Virus record (IMG/VR): IMGVR_UViG_3300049988_000124
Span: 1 to 64,000 of that record
From: a virus
Taxonomy: Duplodnaviria; Caudoviricetes
Direction: 5' to 3' (one strand)
DNA length: 64,000 nucleotides
The notes below the pieces were generated by a model that was not told the origin of the DNA, did no database searches, and was given only the letters and a program-made list of their open reading frames with translations. Positions 1 through 7,940 of this stretch are shown in pieces; within the stretch, counting starts at the first letter, position 1; each line of letters opens with the position of its first letter. The translations under genes and the position numbers were made by a program.

Positions 1-676
1 TACCACCACGGTTGCCTCCACCTTGGCCACCGCCACCTCCATTGCCACCACCGCCGTAGCCTCCGCCACCGCCGCCCTGACCACCGCCTCCACCGTAGCC
101 GCCGCCACGGTTTCCACCGCCGCCATAGCCGCCTCCGCCACCACCCTTGTTAAAGCCGCCCGGAGCGCGCTTGAAGCGGGTCATGGTCTCAGCGATCGGA
201 GTCGTGAGCGTCATTACTTCCAGGAAGAAGTCGACGTTGGCATTCAGGAGATCACGCTCGGTGAGCGCAGTCTCATGCGCACTAAAGCGCATGTCAGAGC
301 GAATGAGGAAGGTGTGGCGACCATTCAGGTCATTGTGTGCGATGTCGATGTAGAAGTTCAGCTTCTCATCGAGACCAAAGCCGATGCAACCGACATTCGA
401 GGACTTCTTGGTCTCCTGGTTCCAAGCGCTCATGTAGAGGGGCTCACGACGGGTCGTGGGCTCTTCCACCAGCTTCTTGACGATCTTGGCGATCAGGCGA
501 CGGGTCTTGGGTGGAATGCTAACCTTCCAAGGCTTACCGCCGCCCTGGGTAAAGACCACGAACGATGTGGTACCGCCCCAGACATCGACCTGGAATGATA
601 CTTCCTTGCTGTCCTTTGAGGGAGCCTTGATCAGGCCAGACTGACTCAGATTTTCGAAACTCTGATCCCCTGCCAT
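1..676 (-). CDS. ChmC-like nuclear-shell-associated nucleic-acid-binding protein with Gly-rich low-complexity tail (3' end runs off the window)
   Basis: Absent from the ORF track because it is open to the edge. Manual translation from ATG at 676 gives MAGDQSFENLSQSGLIKAPSKDSKEVSFQVDVWGGTTSFVVFTQ...RFKRAPGGFNKGGGGGGYGGGGNRGGGYGG.... It has a beta-rich globular part plus a G/Y/N/R tail. Its position downstream of the SbcD-like gene in the chimallin block matches ChmC as I recall it. Confidence 0.6.
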   Translation of the reverse strand, partial: MAGDQSFENLSQSGLIKAPSKDSKEVSFQVDVWGGTTSFVVFTQGGGKPWKVSIPPKTRRLIAKIVKKLVEEPTTRREPLYMSAWNQETKKSSNVGCIGFGLDEKLNFYIDIAHNDLNGRHTFLIRSDMRFSAHETALTERDLLNANVDFFLEVMTLTTPIAETMTRFKRAPGGFNKGGGGGGYGGGGNRGGGYGGGGGQGGGGGGYGGGGNGGGGGQGGGNRGG

Positions 677-753
677 ATCGGCAAATCCTTTAGCTAGTTG
701 TGGAGGTCAAACCATATTAGCCCGGATGGATAGATTTAAATGTAACCTTCCAA

Positions 754-1671
754 TTATCCAAAGTCATACTGCCTAAGCTTGGCAATTGGGATACCCGTCA
801 TCTTGGACAAACGAATAGTTACGTCTGATTCATCACGGCTTGCCCAACGTTCTTGTCCCGCTGTCAGTAAGATCTCTCGTCTCACCTTGCCTGGAACGAT
901 GGGCTGGAACATCTTGTCATCGCCCACGACCACGTGGACAGCAGATTGTAGGGGAACACGACCTTCCTTGTCGAGCTTCAGGTTAAACTCCGAGGCTGGA
1001 CGAATACGACCAGTGTTACTCTCCAGAAGGTGGAGGTTACGCAAGCGGTAGGAAAGGTAGAGATCCAAGGGAATATGGGTCGTGATGGAGACAGGGTCTC
1101 CGGTGTTGTACAAGCAGTCCTTCTTGTGGACGATGTCCCTGAACTTTTGAACGAGTTCACGGTGAGGATACATCGATGGCCCCGCTGTTACGAAGAAGCA
1201 CCGGATGTGCTCCATTACCTTGACCATTCCCATCTCACTGGAATGAGAGCGCAGAAAGAGCTTGTACATATCTGCAATCTCAGCACGCTTACCAGTGTGC
1301 TCGCGCTCCAGCTCTTTGGGAACCAGGTCGTAATTGGGAAAGTAGACAATAACGGGACAACGCTTCTGCCCGTAGAGTTGATGATTCCAGACGTGGGACA
1401 GGTACGTGTTGTAATAGTCCAAGAACAAATTCAAGTCCACAACGAACGCTTCATCCAGCGACTTCAAGGTCGGAAATTGCTGCTGGTCATAGACGTTGCG
1501 AAAGATCGTAAAAGCGCTGATCAAGACCCCGGTAAACCGGGGCCTTTTATCAGTATTACTCGCCGCAACAATCGTGTTCAAGATTCGGTTCAGGCCGATA
1601 GATCCCCCACGAATAGGTTCACTACCGTCCTTGGACCGAGGCATCTGGGATTCATCGGGGAACTGTTGCAT
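754..1671 (-). CDS. Conserved phiKZ-like hypothetical protein (possible degenerate PIN/5'-3' exonuclease-like fold)
   Basis: 305-aa ORF co-oriented in the core block between the SbcD-like and ChmC-like genes. The fold guess rests only on its alpha/beta pattern. Confidence 0.5.
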   Translation of the reverse strand: MQQFPDESQMPRSKDGSEPIRGGSIGLNRILNTIVAASNTDKRPRFTGVLISAFTIFRNVYDQQQFPTLKSLDEAFVVDLNLFLDYYNTYLSHVWNHQLYGQKRCPVIVYFPNYDLVPKELEREHTGKRAEIADMYKLFLRSHSSEMGMVKVMEHIRCFFVTAGPSMYPHRELVQKFRDIVHKKDCLYNTGDPVSITTHIPLDLYLSYRLRNLHLLESNTGRIRPASEFNLKLDKEGRVPLQSAVHVVVGDDKMFQPIVPGKVRREILLTAGQERWASRDESDVTIRLSKMTGIPIAKLRQYDFG

Positions 1672-1701
1672 GATGTTCTCCTAATGAATGAGGGGGTTAA
1701 A

Positions 1702-2898
1702 CTATCGTCTCACCTCGGGAGGTAGCAAGTGCTGCTTGATCTCATCGGTGGTGAGTGGATAACCATCGGGGACGTACTTCTGGATAAACGTCGCGATCGT
1801 CTCCGGGTTCGGAGCAATACGCTTCGTCGTCGGTGTAAAGAGCGCAGAGGCTGCATTAACGACCGACTTATCATCGATGTCCTTGCTCTTCTTAAACTGG
1901 AAGCGGATCTCTGGAAAAGCATCCTTCATCCACGCCTTAATGGCTTCTCGGTGTTCCAAAAGATCAACGACGAAGCGAAGAGAGACCTTGCGATCCGTTA
2001 CCAGCTGAGCCACGTGGTGGGTGATCCTTGCCACGATTGTCTCGGTGGTATCCTCCTTGGTAAAGACCAAGGTGTCGTAGACCGCTGCACTCTTGTTCTC
2101 GATGAACTGGGCAGTGTAATGATCAGGATAGTCAAGGATGCGAATGAGACCTTTGGGAGCCTCGTCGCCGAACACGGCCCGGTCAAAGCTACCATTACTG
2201 ATGAGCTTATCCCAGGCACCGTATTGATGAACGTGACCGCAGTTGATCACCTTCTTGACGAAGGGGAACTGCTCTTCTTTGAACACCACGGTTCCTTCCT
2301 GGCTGATGCCTTTGGGAAAGGTTTGGTCAAAGAAGCCGTGCATGCATCCGTAATCGACGTGATCCCAGCCAGCATCCACCATCTTGGCTTTCACTACCTC
2401 GACGATGTCATCGGAGGTTTTGAAGGGGAGATCGTCTTGGATATACATGACCCGAAGTTCACGGCTACCAATATAGATCTCCTCCAACTCAATTCCCTGG
2501 ACGAACCGGAAGTCGAAGGTATAACCGCCAAAGCCACCATTTTTGTAAATGGTGTTAAAGCGCAAGCACTGGTTACGGTCGTGCATCCAGGTACCCTGTA
2601 GTACCCGTAAAGCAATCTTCTTGCGCTCACACAATTGGAACAAGTTCACGATGGTGTCGTAGATGGGGTCGAAACCGATCTGATCGAACTGCACCAAGGT
2701 GTCGAAGAAGTCACCGTTGATGAAGAAGATATCCGTCTCTTCTAGGAGCGGAAAGATCGTGCGAACGAATGCGTTTGCCATCTCCGTTTGACTGATGTTG
2801 GGGACACCGAAGTGGAAGTCGGATCCCATGAGAATCCGAATAGGATCACTCATCGTCGAGGGTGATGCCAAGATCGTCATCGGAAGCGTCTGGACCAT
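1702..2898 (-). CDS. sbcD: SbcD/Mre11-like metallophosphoesterase nuclease
   Basis: Motifs SDFHFG, NGDFFD, LQGTWMHD, MHG and CGHVH match the calcineurin-like phosphoesterase motifs I-V. Confidence 0.85.
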   Translation of the reverse strand: MVQTLPMTILASPSTMSDPIRILMGSDFHFGVPNISQTEMANAFVRTIFPLLEETDIFFINGDFFDTLVQFDQIGFDPIYDTIVNLFQLCERKKIALRVLQGTWMHDRNQCLRFNTIYKNGGFGGYTFDFRFVQGIELEEIYIGSRELRVMYIQDDLPFKTSDDIVEVVKAKMVDAGWDHVDYGCMHGFFDQTFPKGISQEGTVVFKEEQFPFVKKVINCGHVHQYGAWDKLISNGSFDRAVFGDEAPKGLIRILDYPDHYTAQFIENKSAAVYDTLVFTKEDTTETIVARITHHVAQLVTDRKVSLRFVVDLLEHREAIKAWMKDAFPEIRFQFKKSKDIDDKSVVNAASALFTPTTKRIAPNPETIATFIQKYVPDGYPLTTDEIKQHLLPPEVRR

Positions 2899-3532
2899 CA
2901 GTGTCGCCGTCCTTCAGGACATCGGGACGAAGACTAGGGGTCTGATTACGCTCGGCGAAATGACGAGCAATAACGGCCGACTCCATCTTCAGCTGACCGA
3001 TGCGCTGTGTCTGATCAGGCGTGCTGTTGGCAAGCACGAGGTCCTTGTAGGACGCATCGATTACTAAGTCTTCCTTGGTCGTGGGACCACCGCGCGGGAC
3101 ATTGCTGGGAACATCACCGCGACTGCTCTCACCCTCGTAGGAGTCACTGCGCAGCCTGGTCAGCTGACGATCAAGATAGTAGACGATCGTGCGATCCTCC
3201 GCACTCTTCACCACGTAGGTGACCTCGTACTGATTGATCCCCAGCTCAAAGCGCCAACGGCGATAGAGGTCGTTCAGATCGCGGGTGTACTGATTAGGAC
3301 GCCCTGAACCTGGACCACTGTGGGGGATGTACTTGGTCGGGTCTACGTTGAAGAGAGGGACAAAGGGAGCAAACTGCTCCAGGGTGATGATGTTGGGCCG
3401 GTTCGTTTCCTTGAGAAGCGCTGTCCCCTCGGTTACGAACTGCGAGATCACCGTGTCACTCTTCAGCGCTTCCTCGATCGCAGCAGCGGTCTCAGGGCTG
3501 GTCTTTCTGATCGTCATGGGAGAAAACCTCAT
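2846..3532 (-). CDS. Conserved jumbo-phage hypothetical protein, acidic C-terminus
   Basis: 228-aa ORF in the core operon, preceded by the TTTTAGACA motif. Confidence 0.6.
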   Translation of the reverse strand: MRFSPMTIRKTSPETAAAIEEALKSDTVISQFVTEGTALLKETNRPNIITLEQFAPFVPLFNVDPTKYIPHSGPGSGRPNQYTRDLNDLYRRWRFELGINQYEVTYVVKSAEDRTIVYYLDRQLTRLRSDSYEGESSRGDVPSNVPRGGPTTKEDLVIDASYKDLVLANSTPDQTQRIGQLKMESAVIARHFAERNQTPSLRPDVLKDGDTDGPDASDDDLGITLDDE

Positions 3533-3582
3533 TGTCTAAAAGTCACGATTACATAATGTCTCGGTGACCAAGACAACAATAT

Positions 3583-4011
3583 TTAACCCAGATTGTACGG
3601 GCTGGACATCCAGTTAATCTGATCTTCCGGGATCGTCAGCTGCCCATTCTTCAAGGCGAGTGTGGTACCGGTCTGCTGGAGCTCACCGCTCAGGAGTGTG
3701 TAGATCACCGACACCGACACGCTGTAAGTGCCCGCGTCTATCTTGCTGTGACTGACGTTCACCGTAACCTTACGCTCGTTGCGAAAGATGCGGGTAAAAA
3801 CGCCCTGGAGATCAGACTGGATGTTCGACACCAACGTGTCTGGATCCTTACCGAAGTTAGCGATCTGCCAGGGCAGAGAGATGATCAGGTCAGGTAGAAT
3901 GGTGACCGTGTCTTTGGGCTGTCGCCCGTAGCGACGCAACTGATAGCCGATGATTGATTGGGGATCAGTCAGATACGTCTGACTGGTTAGTGAGGGAACC
4001 GTGATGGCCAT
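3583..4011 (-). CDS. Conserved phiKZ-like hypothetical protein (possibly virion/baseplate gp25-like)
   Basis: 142-aa ORF with an SD-like sequence upstream. Size and alpha-beta pattern recall gp25-like proteins (weak). Confidence 0.45.
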   Translation of the reverse strand: MAITVPSLTSQTYLTDPQSIIGYQLRRYGRQPKDTVTILPDLIISLPWQIANFGKDPDTLVSNIQSDLQGVFTRIFRNERKVTVNVSHSKIDAGTYSVSVSVIYTLLSGELQQTGTTLALKNGQLTIPEDQINWMSSPYNLG

Positions 4012-4050
4012 GCTAAGAACTCCATAGTCTCAAACTATAGAGTCCCCAAT

Positions 4051-4602
4051 TTAACTGACCGAAGCATCCTCAACAAAGTTCTGTAATAGCGATTCGAGAC
4101 TAGTTGCGTGAGCCAGACAAAAGCCCACTGGGGTGTCGGGGTACCAGTGGATCGTCCACAGCTCGTTGTCCGCTAGAGCAGTTTCTTTATCTTCTGGAGT
4201 TACCCAGTCTTCGTCACTGTAATATTCAGGCTGCGACTCTAGTTGTTCTGCTACGGTCTCGAAGTTGACCAAGTGTTCGTTGTGGTTGATGTGAAGAGAA
4301 GCTTTGTGAGGAGGAAATTTAACTTCCCCAGATTCTAACCCAAAACTCTCCCACAACGCTTCGAGCGTACTGGCATGTCTCTTCGAGTACTCGCTGTCGG
4401 CAGCCTCTTTCCACCAGAAACTCCAGAGTTCATTGGTCTCAATTGCTTTCTGTTTTTCCTCCAACGATACCCATCTGTAATCCGCGTAAGTCTTGAACCT
4501 ATCATGCTCGATTGTTTGAGCAACAGTGTCATAGACGGAGAGATGGTCGTTGTGGTCCAATCTTGCATCACCGTAGTGATCTGGAAACTTAAGCATAGCC
4601 AC
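4051..4602 (-). CDS. Hypothetical protein made of two tandem copies of an ~80-aa phage domain
   Basis: Internal repeat: HNDHLSVYDTVAQ...WVSLEEKQKAIETNELWSFWW versus HNEHLVNFETVAE...WVTPEDKETALADNELWTIHW. Confidence 0.7.
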   Translation of the reverse strand: MAMLKFPDHYGDARLDHNDHLSVYDTVAQTIEHDRFKTYADYRWVSLEEKQKAIETNELWSFWWKEAADSEYSKRHASTLEALWESFGLESGEVKFPPHKASLHINHNEHLVNFETVAEQLESQPEYYSDEDWVTPEDKETALADNELWTIHWYPDTPVGFCLAHATSLESLLQNFVEDASVS

Positions 4603-4612
4603 TATTCCTTTG

Positions 4613-5596
4613 TTACGCTGTTAGTCCCAGGCGTTGTAAGATACGAGGACGCAGCTCACGCACGAGACCGTAGTCGAAATCTTCCATCGTCGGATCATCA
4701 CTGTAAGTAACAGAGTTGAGCGGGAAGAATCCTTGACTATCCATTGCCGCACCAACATCGGGACACGTTAAGTTATCCCCTAGACGAAGTGCTGGTTCCA
4801 GACCAATCTGATCGATCCACTCATCGTTTAGTTGCTCATCCGTAACCGGAGCGACTCCGTAAACGCGCTCGAATATCTTGTCATTGGGCTCTGTGTAGAA
4901 GTCCTCTGACTGGGATGCATCGAAGCGACTCATGATCCCTTGTCCGGCGTGCATTCCTCCCTCATCATACCAAGCGAGGTTGAGCGTGAGATCGGGAAAT
5001 TGCTTAGCGAGCTGATCGTAGACCGGTGTGGGCGCACACCATGCCGTGTTGATCGTGAACTCGAACCGAGCATGATCCTCCACTGGTTCATAGTCGTAAG
5101 CGTTCCACTTGGTCCCCCAATTGGTGATCGACCAATCGTGCCAATTGGCGTAGCCTGTTTGAGCAATCTTCGCTAGTTCGTTTCTACCCTGCTCCTCGAT
5201 ATCTGGATGTAGCTTAAGGTAGTTCTGAGCAACCACTGTGTCGGAGCTAGTATCCAAGCCTGCTGCTCTAACTTCTTCAAGGTAGCGCGACCATGCCCAT
5301 TGAACAAACAAGAAAGGAGGTGCTGGTTCAGCTTTTAGGGCTTCTGCCATCGAGACGCCAGAAGCAATTTTGGTCATAATAACAGCATCGTTAACTGCTA
5401 TCCCGTCATTGGCTTTTAAGATCTCCGGCATCGGAATAGCACCGTTGAAGTCGAACGTCAGACCAACGTAGGTGCCCGATGATGTTCCAAAATCAATCGT
5501 TGATTCTTTGTCATTGACGACCATCAGCTTCTTGAACGCCGCCACGTCCTCGATGGGTCCTGACACTACTACTCGGTTGGTGACATGGTTTGGCAT
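4613..5596 (-). CDS. DUF1281/YubB ferredoxin-like domain protein
   Basis: N-terminal MPNHVTNRV and central GYANWHDWSITNWGTKWNA...FTINTAWCAP are typical of the family. SD GGAGG lies upstream. Confidence 0.7.
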   Translation of the reverse strand: MPNHVTNRVVVSGPIEDVAAFKKLMVVNDKESTIDFGTSSGTYVGLTFDFNGAIPMPEILKANDGIAVNDAVIMTKIASGVSMAEALKAEPAPPFLFVQWAWSRYLEEVRAAGLDTSSDTVVAQNYLKLHPDIEEQGRNELAKIAQTGYANWHDWSITNWGTKWNAYDYEPVEDHARFEFTINTAWCAPTPVYDQLAKQFPDLTLNLAWYDEGGMHAGQGIMSRFDASQSEDFYTEPNDKIFERVYGVAPVTDEQLNDEWIDQIGLEPALRLGDNLTCPDVGAAMDSQGFFPLNSVTYSDDPTMEDFDYGLVRELRPRILQRLGLTA

Positions 5597-5677
5597 GTTT
5601 ACCTCCGCTTACGATGATAAAAAATAAAGAGGAGAGGTGGTTGTTACGCCACCTCTCCCCACTAAGAACAACAGCTG

Positions 5678-6361
5678 TTAGTCAGCCAGCGATGTCGAGA
5701 TAATCTTACCGGGACTGCGCGGCGGCTCACCCTTCGGGAGACGATCGATTACCTCCATCCCTTCGACGACCCTCCCCCACACCGTGTACTGGCGGTCGAG
5801 GAAGCGTGCATCCTCGAAGCAGATAAAGAACTGACTGTTTGCACTATTGGGATCATTCGTCCTTGCCATCGAGCATGTTCCGCGCACGTGCTCCTCGTTC
5901 GAGAACTCCTGCTTCAGGTCCGGCTTGGTTGAACCACCGGTGCCGTCCTTGTTACCGCCGTCACCACCTTGCGCCATGAAGCCGGGGATGACGCGGTGGA
6001 AAGGAACACCGTCGTAGAAACCTTCGCTCGCCAGTTCCGTGATACGTTCTACGTGATTGGGAGCAAGATCAGGATGCAGTTCGATGGTCACGGGTTCCAC
6101 TTCATTGTCGTTGATCGTCGCGATATTCAGAACCAGAAAGCGCGGCTTCGACGTTGGGTTGAGGGCACGGTTCAGACGACGATCGAGGATTGCGAGATAC
6201 TCTTCCATCGGCTTAACCTGCCGCCGCAGATCGTAGCTGTCCGAGGCACCGAGTTCCTTGAACTTATCGGTATCGATGAACGCCTTCAGCTTAGTGAGAC
6301 GATCGTTGAGCTGCTCGCGCTCTTCCTGAACGCGCTGGATATGTGCGGGTACGTCAGCCAT
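5678..6361 (-). CDS. Cyclophilin-type peptidyl-prolyl isomerase with N-terminal coiled-coil (crAss001_48-like) domain
   Basis: Cyclophilin motifs FYDGVPFHRVIPGFMAQGGD, SMAR, SANSQFFI, LDRQYTVWGRV. Start moved to ATG 6361 (MADVPAH) because of SD AAAGGA. Confidence 0.9.
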   Translation of the reverse strand: MADVPAHIQRVQEEREQLNDRLTKLKAFIDTDKFKELGASDSYDLRRQVKPMEEYLAILDRRLNRALNPTSKPRFLVLNIATINDNEVEPVTIELHPDLAPNHVERITELASEGFYDGVPFHRVIPGFMAQGGDGGNKDGTGGSTKPDLKQEFSNEEHVRGTCSMARTNDPNSANSQFFICFEDARFLDRQYTVWGRVVEGMEVIDRLPKGEPPRSPGKIISTSLAD

Positions 6362-6377
6362 TGATAATTCCTTTCGT

Positions 6378-6611
6378 TTAAGTCCAAGGAACATGAGAGC
6401 GAGAGACGAGGTTTCCACCCCGTCCCTTTACTGCTGCAATTCCGTGTGATGAATATTGAACGCGCTCGGTCTGGTTACGTCTACCTCGGGGACGAGAAGT
6501 TGTCTTCTTCCGCACACCGGTATAGCGACCATCCTTACAATCCGTGATGAGAACCGTCTCACCGTCTTCATTCAAATACGTGGTCATTGTCTCGATGTGT
6601 GAAAGAGGCAT
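6378..6611 (-). CDS. Hypothetical protein
   Basis: 77-aa ORF packed in the minus-strand operon. Confidence 0.5.
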   Translation of the reverse strand: MPLSHIETMTTYLNEDGETVLITDCKDGRYTGVRKKTTSRPRGRRNQTERVQYSSHGIAAVKGRGGNLVSRSHVPWT

Positions 6612-6625
6612 GGGTTAGTTTCCCA

Positions 6626-6892
6626 TCATATCGTCGGATTGTAGTCGTTCACCACGCAGGTACCGGTGACGTAGTCCTGATGGATATTACCCTGATCATC
6701 CTGGATACGCACGGTTAGGCCTACGTCATCGTTGTTCATGACCTTGACGTGATCCTTGCGGTAGTAGGTCTGACCGAGTGATGTCTTGCACGTTATCGTG
6801 CTACCGTACTCTTGACCGATTATCCGAGGACCACACGCGGTTGCGGTTCCCAGTACACAGCAGAGCACTAAGAGTTTGAAAGAGGTTCTCAC
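6626..6892 (-). CDS. Putative lipoprotein
   Basis: MRTSFKLLVLCCVLGTATA-C: basic N-terminus, hydrophobic stretch, lipobox-like Cys. Confidence 0.6.
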   Translation of the reverse strand: MRTSFKLLVLCCVLGTATACGPRIIGQEYGSTITCKTSLGQTYYRKDHVKVMNNDDVGLTVRIQDDQGNIHQDYVTGTCVVNDYNPTI

Positions 6893-7269
6893 TCGAAAAC
6901 TACTCCTGCTTCCCTGATGATAGAGGCTCGAAACATACCTAGAAGTCGATGAATCTCAGCCACCTGCATAGTTGGGTCACCAGAGCCCATGACGATTTCA
7001 TTGGCGAGAGCTTCTTCCACGGTCCGGAATGGTAGTTTGAGCTTCCCACGAACGTGCTCTTCCACGATAGTGATTTGTGGATCGATCTTCTTCAAGATCT
7101 CGGAGCGATTGTTGTAAGCTTCCCGCAAGCTTTCCTCAGACTGAAGATCATCGTTGCGATACTTGGCAGTCACTCCGTGATCCTGGAGTGCCTTCTCGAT
7201 GATCATACCGATGACACCTTTACCGGTACACGGAAGACCGGATACAGTGACGGTGAGTTCATTTGCCAT
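6889..7269 (-). CDS. Hypothetical protein
   Basis: 126-aa ORF with 4-nt overlap with the next gene and SD AGGA. Confidence 0.6.
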   Translation of the reverse strand: MANELTVTVSGLPCTGKGVIGMIIEKALQDHGVTAKYRNDDLQSEESLREAYNNRSEILKKIDPQITIVEEHVRGKLKLPFRTVEEALANEIVMGSGDPTMQVAEIHRLLGMFRASIIREAGVVFE

Positions 7270-7290
7270 GAGCTATCCTTTTCTTGTCAA

Positions 7291-7342
7291 TGGTGCCCCC
7301 GGTCGGACTCGAACCGACACTCCAGAGGAAGGAGATTTTAAG
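7291..7342 (-). pseudogene. 3' half of interrupted tRNA-Leu(UAA) (anticodon loop to CCA)
   Basis: Minus strand reads CTTAAAA TCTCC-variable arm-GTCGG TTCGAGT CCGAC CGGGGGC ACCA. The acceptor 3' strand is complementary to GCCCCCG at 7963-7969. Confidence 0.85.
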
Positions 7343-7805
7343 GTATGTCCCAAGATCGAAACTCTACTACAACTTGCCCACTGTGGCTATCGACACTGTA
7401 GGTGGTCTCATGGCGAGTGATGTTCTTAGATACCAACCCTGCACATTCTTTAGAACATACCGGACCCGTCCTTCCCTGGTTCCAACAGTGCTTGACATCT
7501 TTCATCAGTTTGGTTGTCGGATTTTTGCAAACGGGACAAATGAAAGAGTAGGTCTCTGCTTCTCGACCAAGTTGAGCTTTTTCAGAATTCTCAACTCTGG
7601 AGAGCACCTGTAGATTGTTAGGATCGTCGTTGGTAAGATCCTCATCGACATGGTCGCAAGTCTCATCACCAACTAGTTCTCTACCAAGCTTTTGCTCAAG
7701 AAGATGTTTGGGATATGACTTGGTTTGCATTCTACCATCGTCGTGTTTAATAACGACGTGCTGTCTACCGTCTTTGCGATAGTACGGTCCATAGATCTTA
7801 GTCAT
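7338..7805 (-). CDS. HNH homing endonuclease (HNH_3-like) with C-terminal Cys zinc finger
   Basis: DHVDEDLTNDDPNNLQVLSRVENS is the HNH motif. CPVC...CSKEC follows. The stop TAA coincides with the outer tRNA anticodon. Confidence 0.9.
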   Translation of the reverse strand: MTKIYGPYYRKDGRQHVVIKHDDGRMQTKSYPKHLLEQKLGRELVGDETCDHVDEDLTNDDPNNLQVLSRVENSEKAQLGREAETYSFICPVCKNPTTKLMKDVKHCWNQGRTGPVCSKECAGLVSKNITRHETTYSVDSHSGQVVVEFRSWDIP

Positions 7806-7940
7806 ACTCTACGACTCGCGAAAATGGTGGGCATGGTCGGATTCGAACCGACGATGTGATCATTAATCCGTGACCGATTTTAAGTCGGATGCGTTTCAAC
7901 CATCTTCGCCACATGCCCTCAAAGAGTTGTAGAGTATGAC
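7801..7940. repeat. 17-bp inverted repeat (16/17) enclosing the complete tRNA-Leu
   Basis: gtcatactctacgactc (7801-7817) versus gagttgtagagtatgac (7924-7940). Confidence 0.9.
7825..7918 (-). tRNA. trnL: tRNA-Leu(UAA), complete, long variable arm, encoded CCA
   Basis: Acceptor GGGCATG/CATGCCC; D-arm GCG...CGC; CCGA-CTTAAAA-TCGG; T-arm GTCGG TTCGAAT CCGAC; ACCA end. Confidence 0.92.

Noticed and set aside
23-598. 191-aa plus-strand Ala/Thr-rich ORF
   Set aside because: Antisense shadow of the Gly-rich minus-strand gene (GGN codons read as ACC/GCC).
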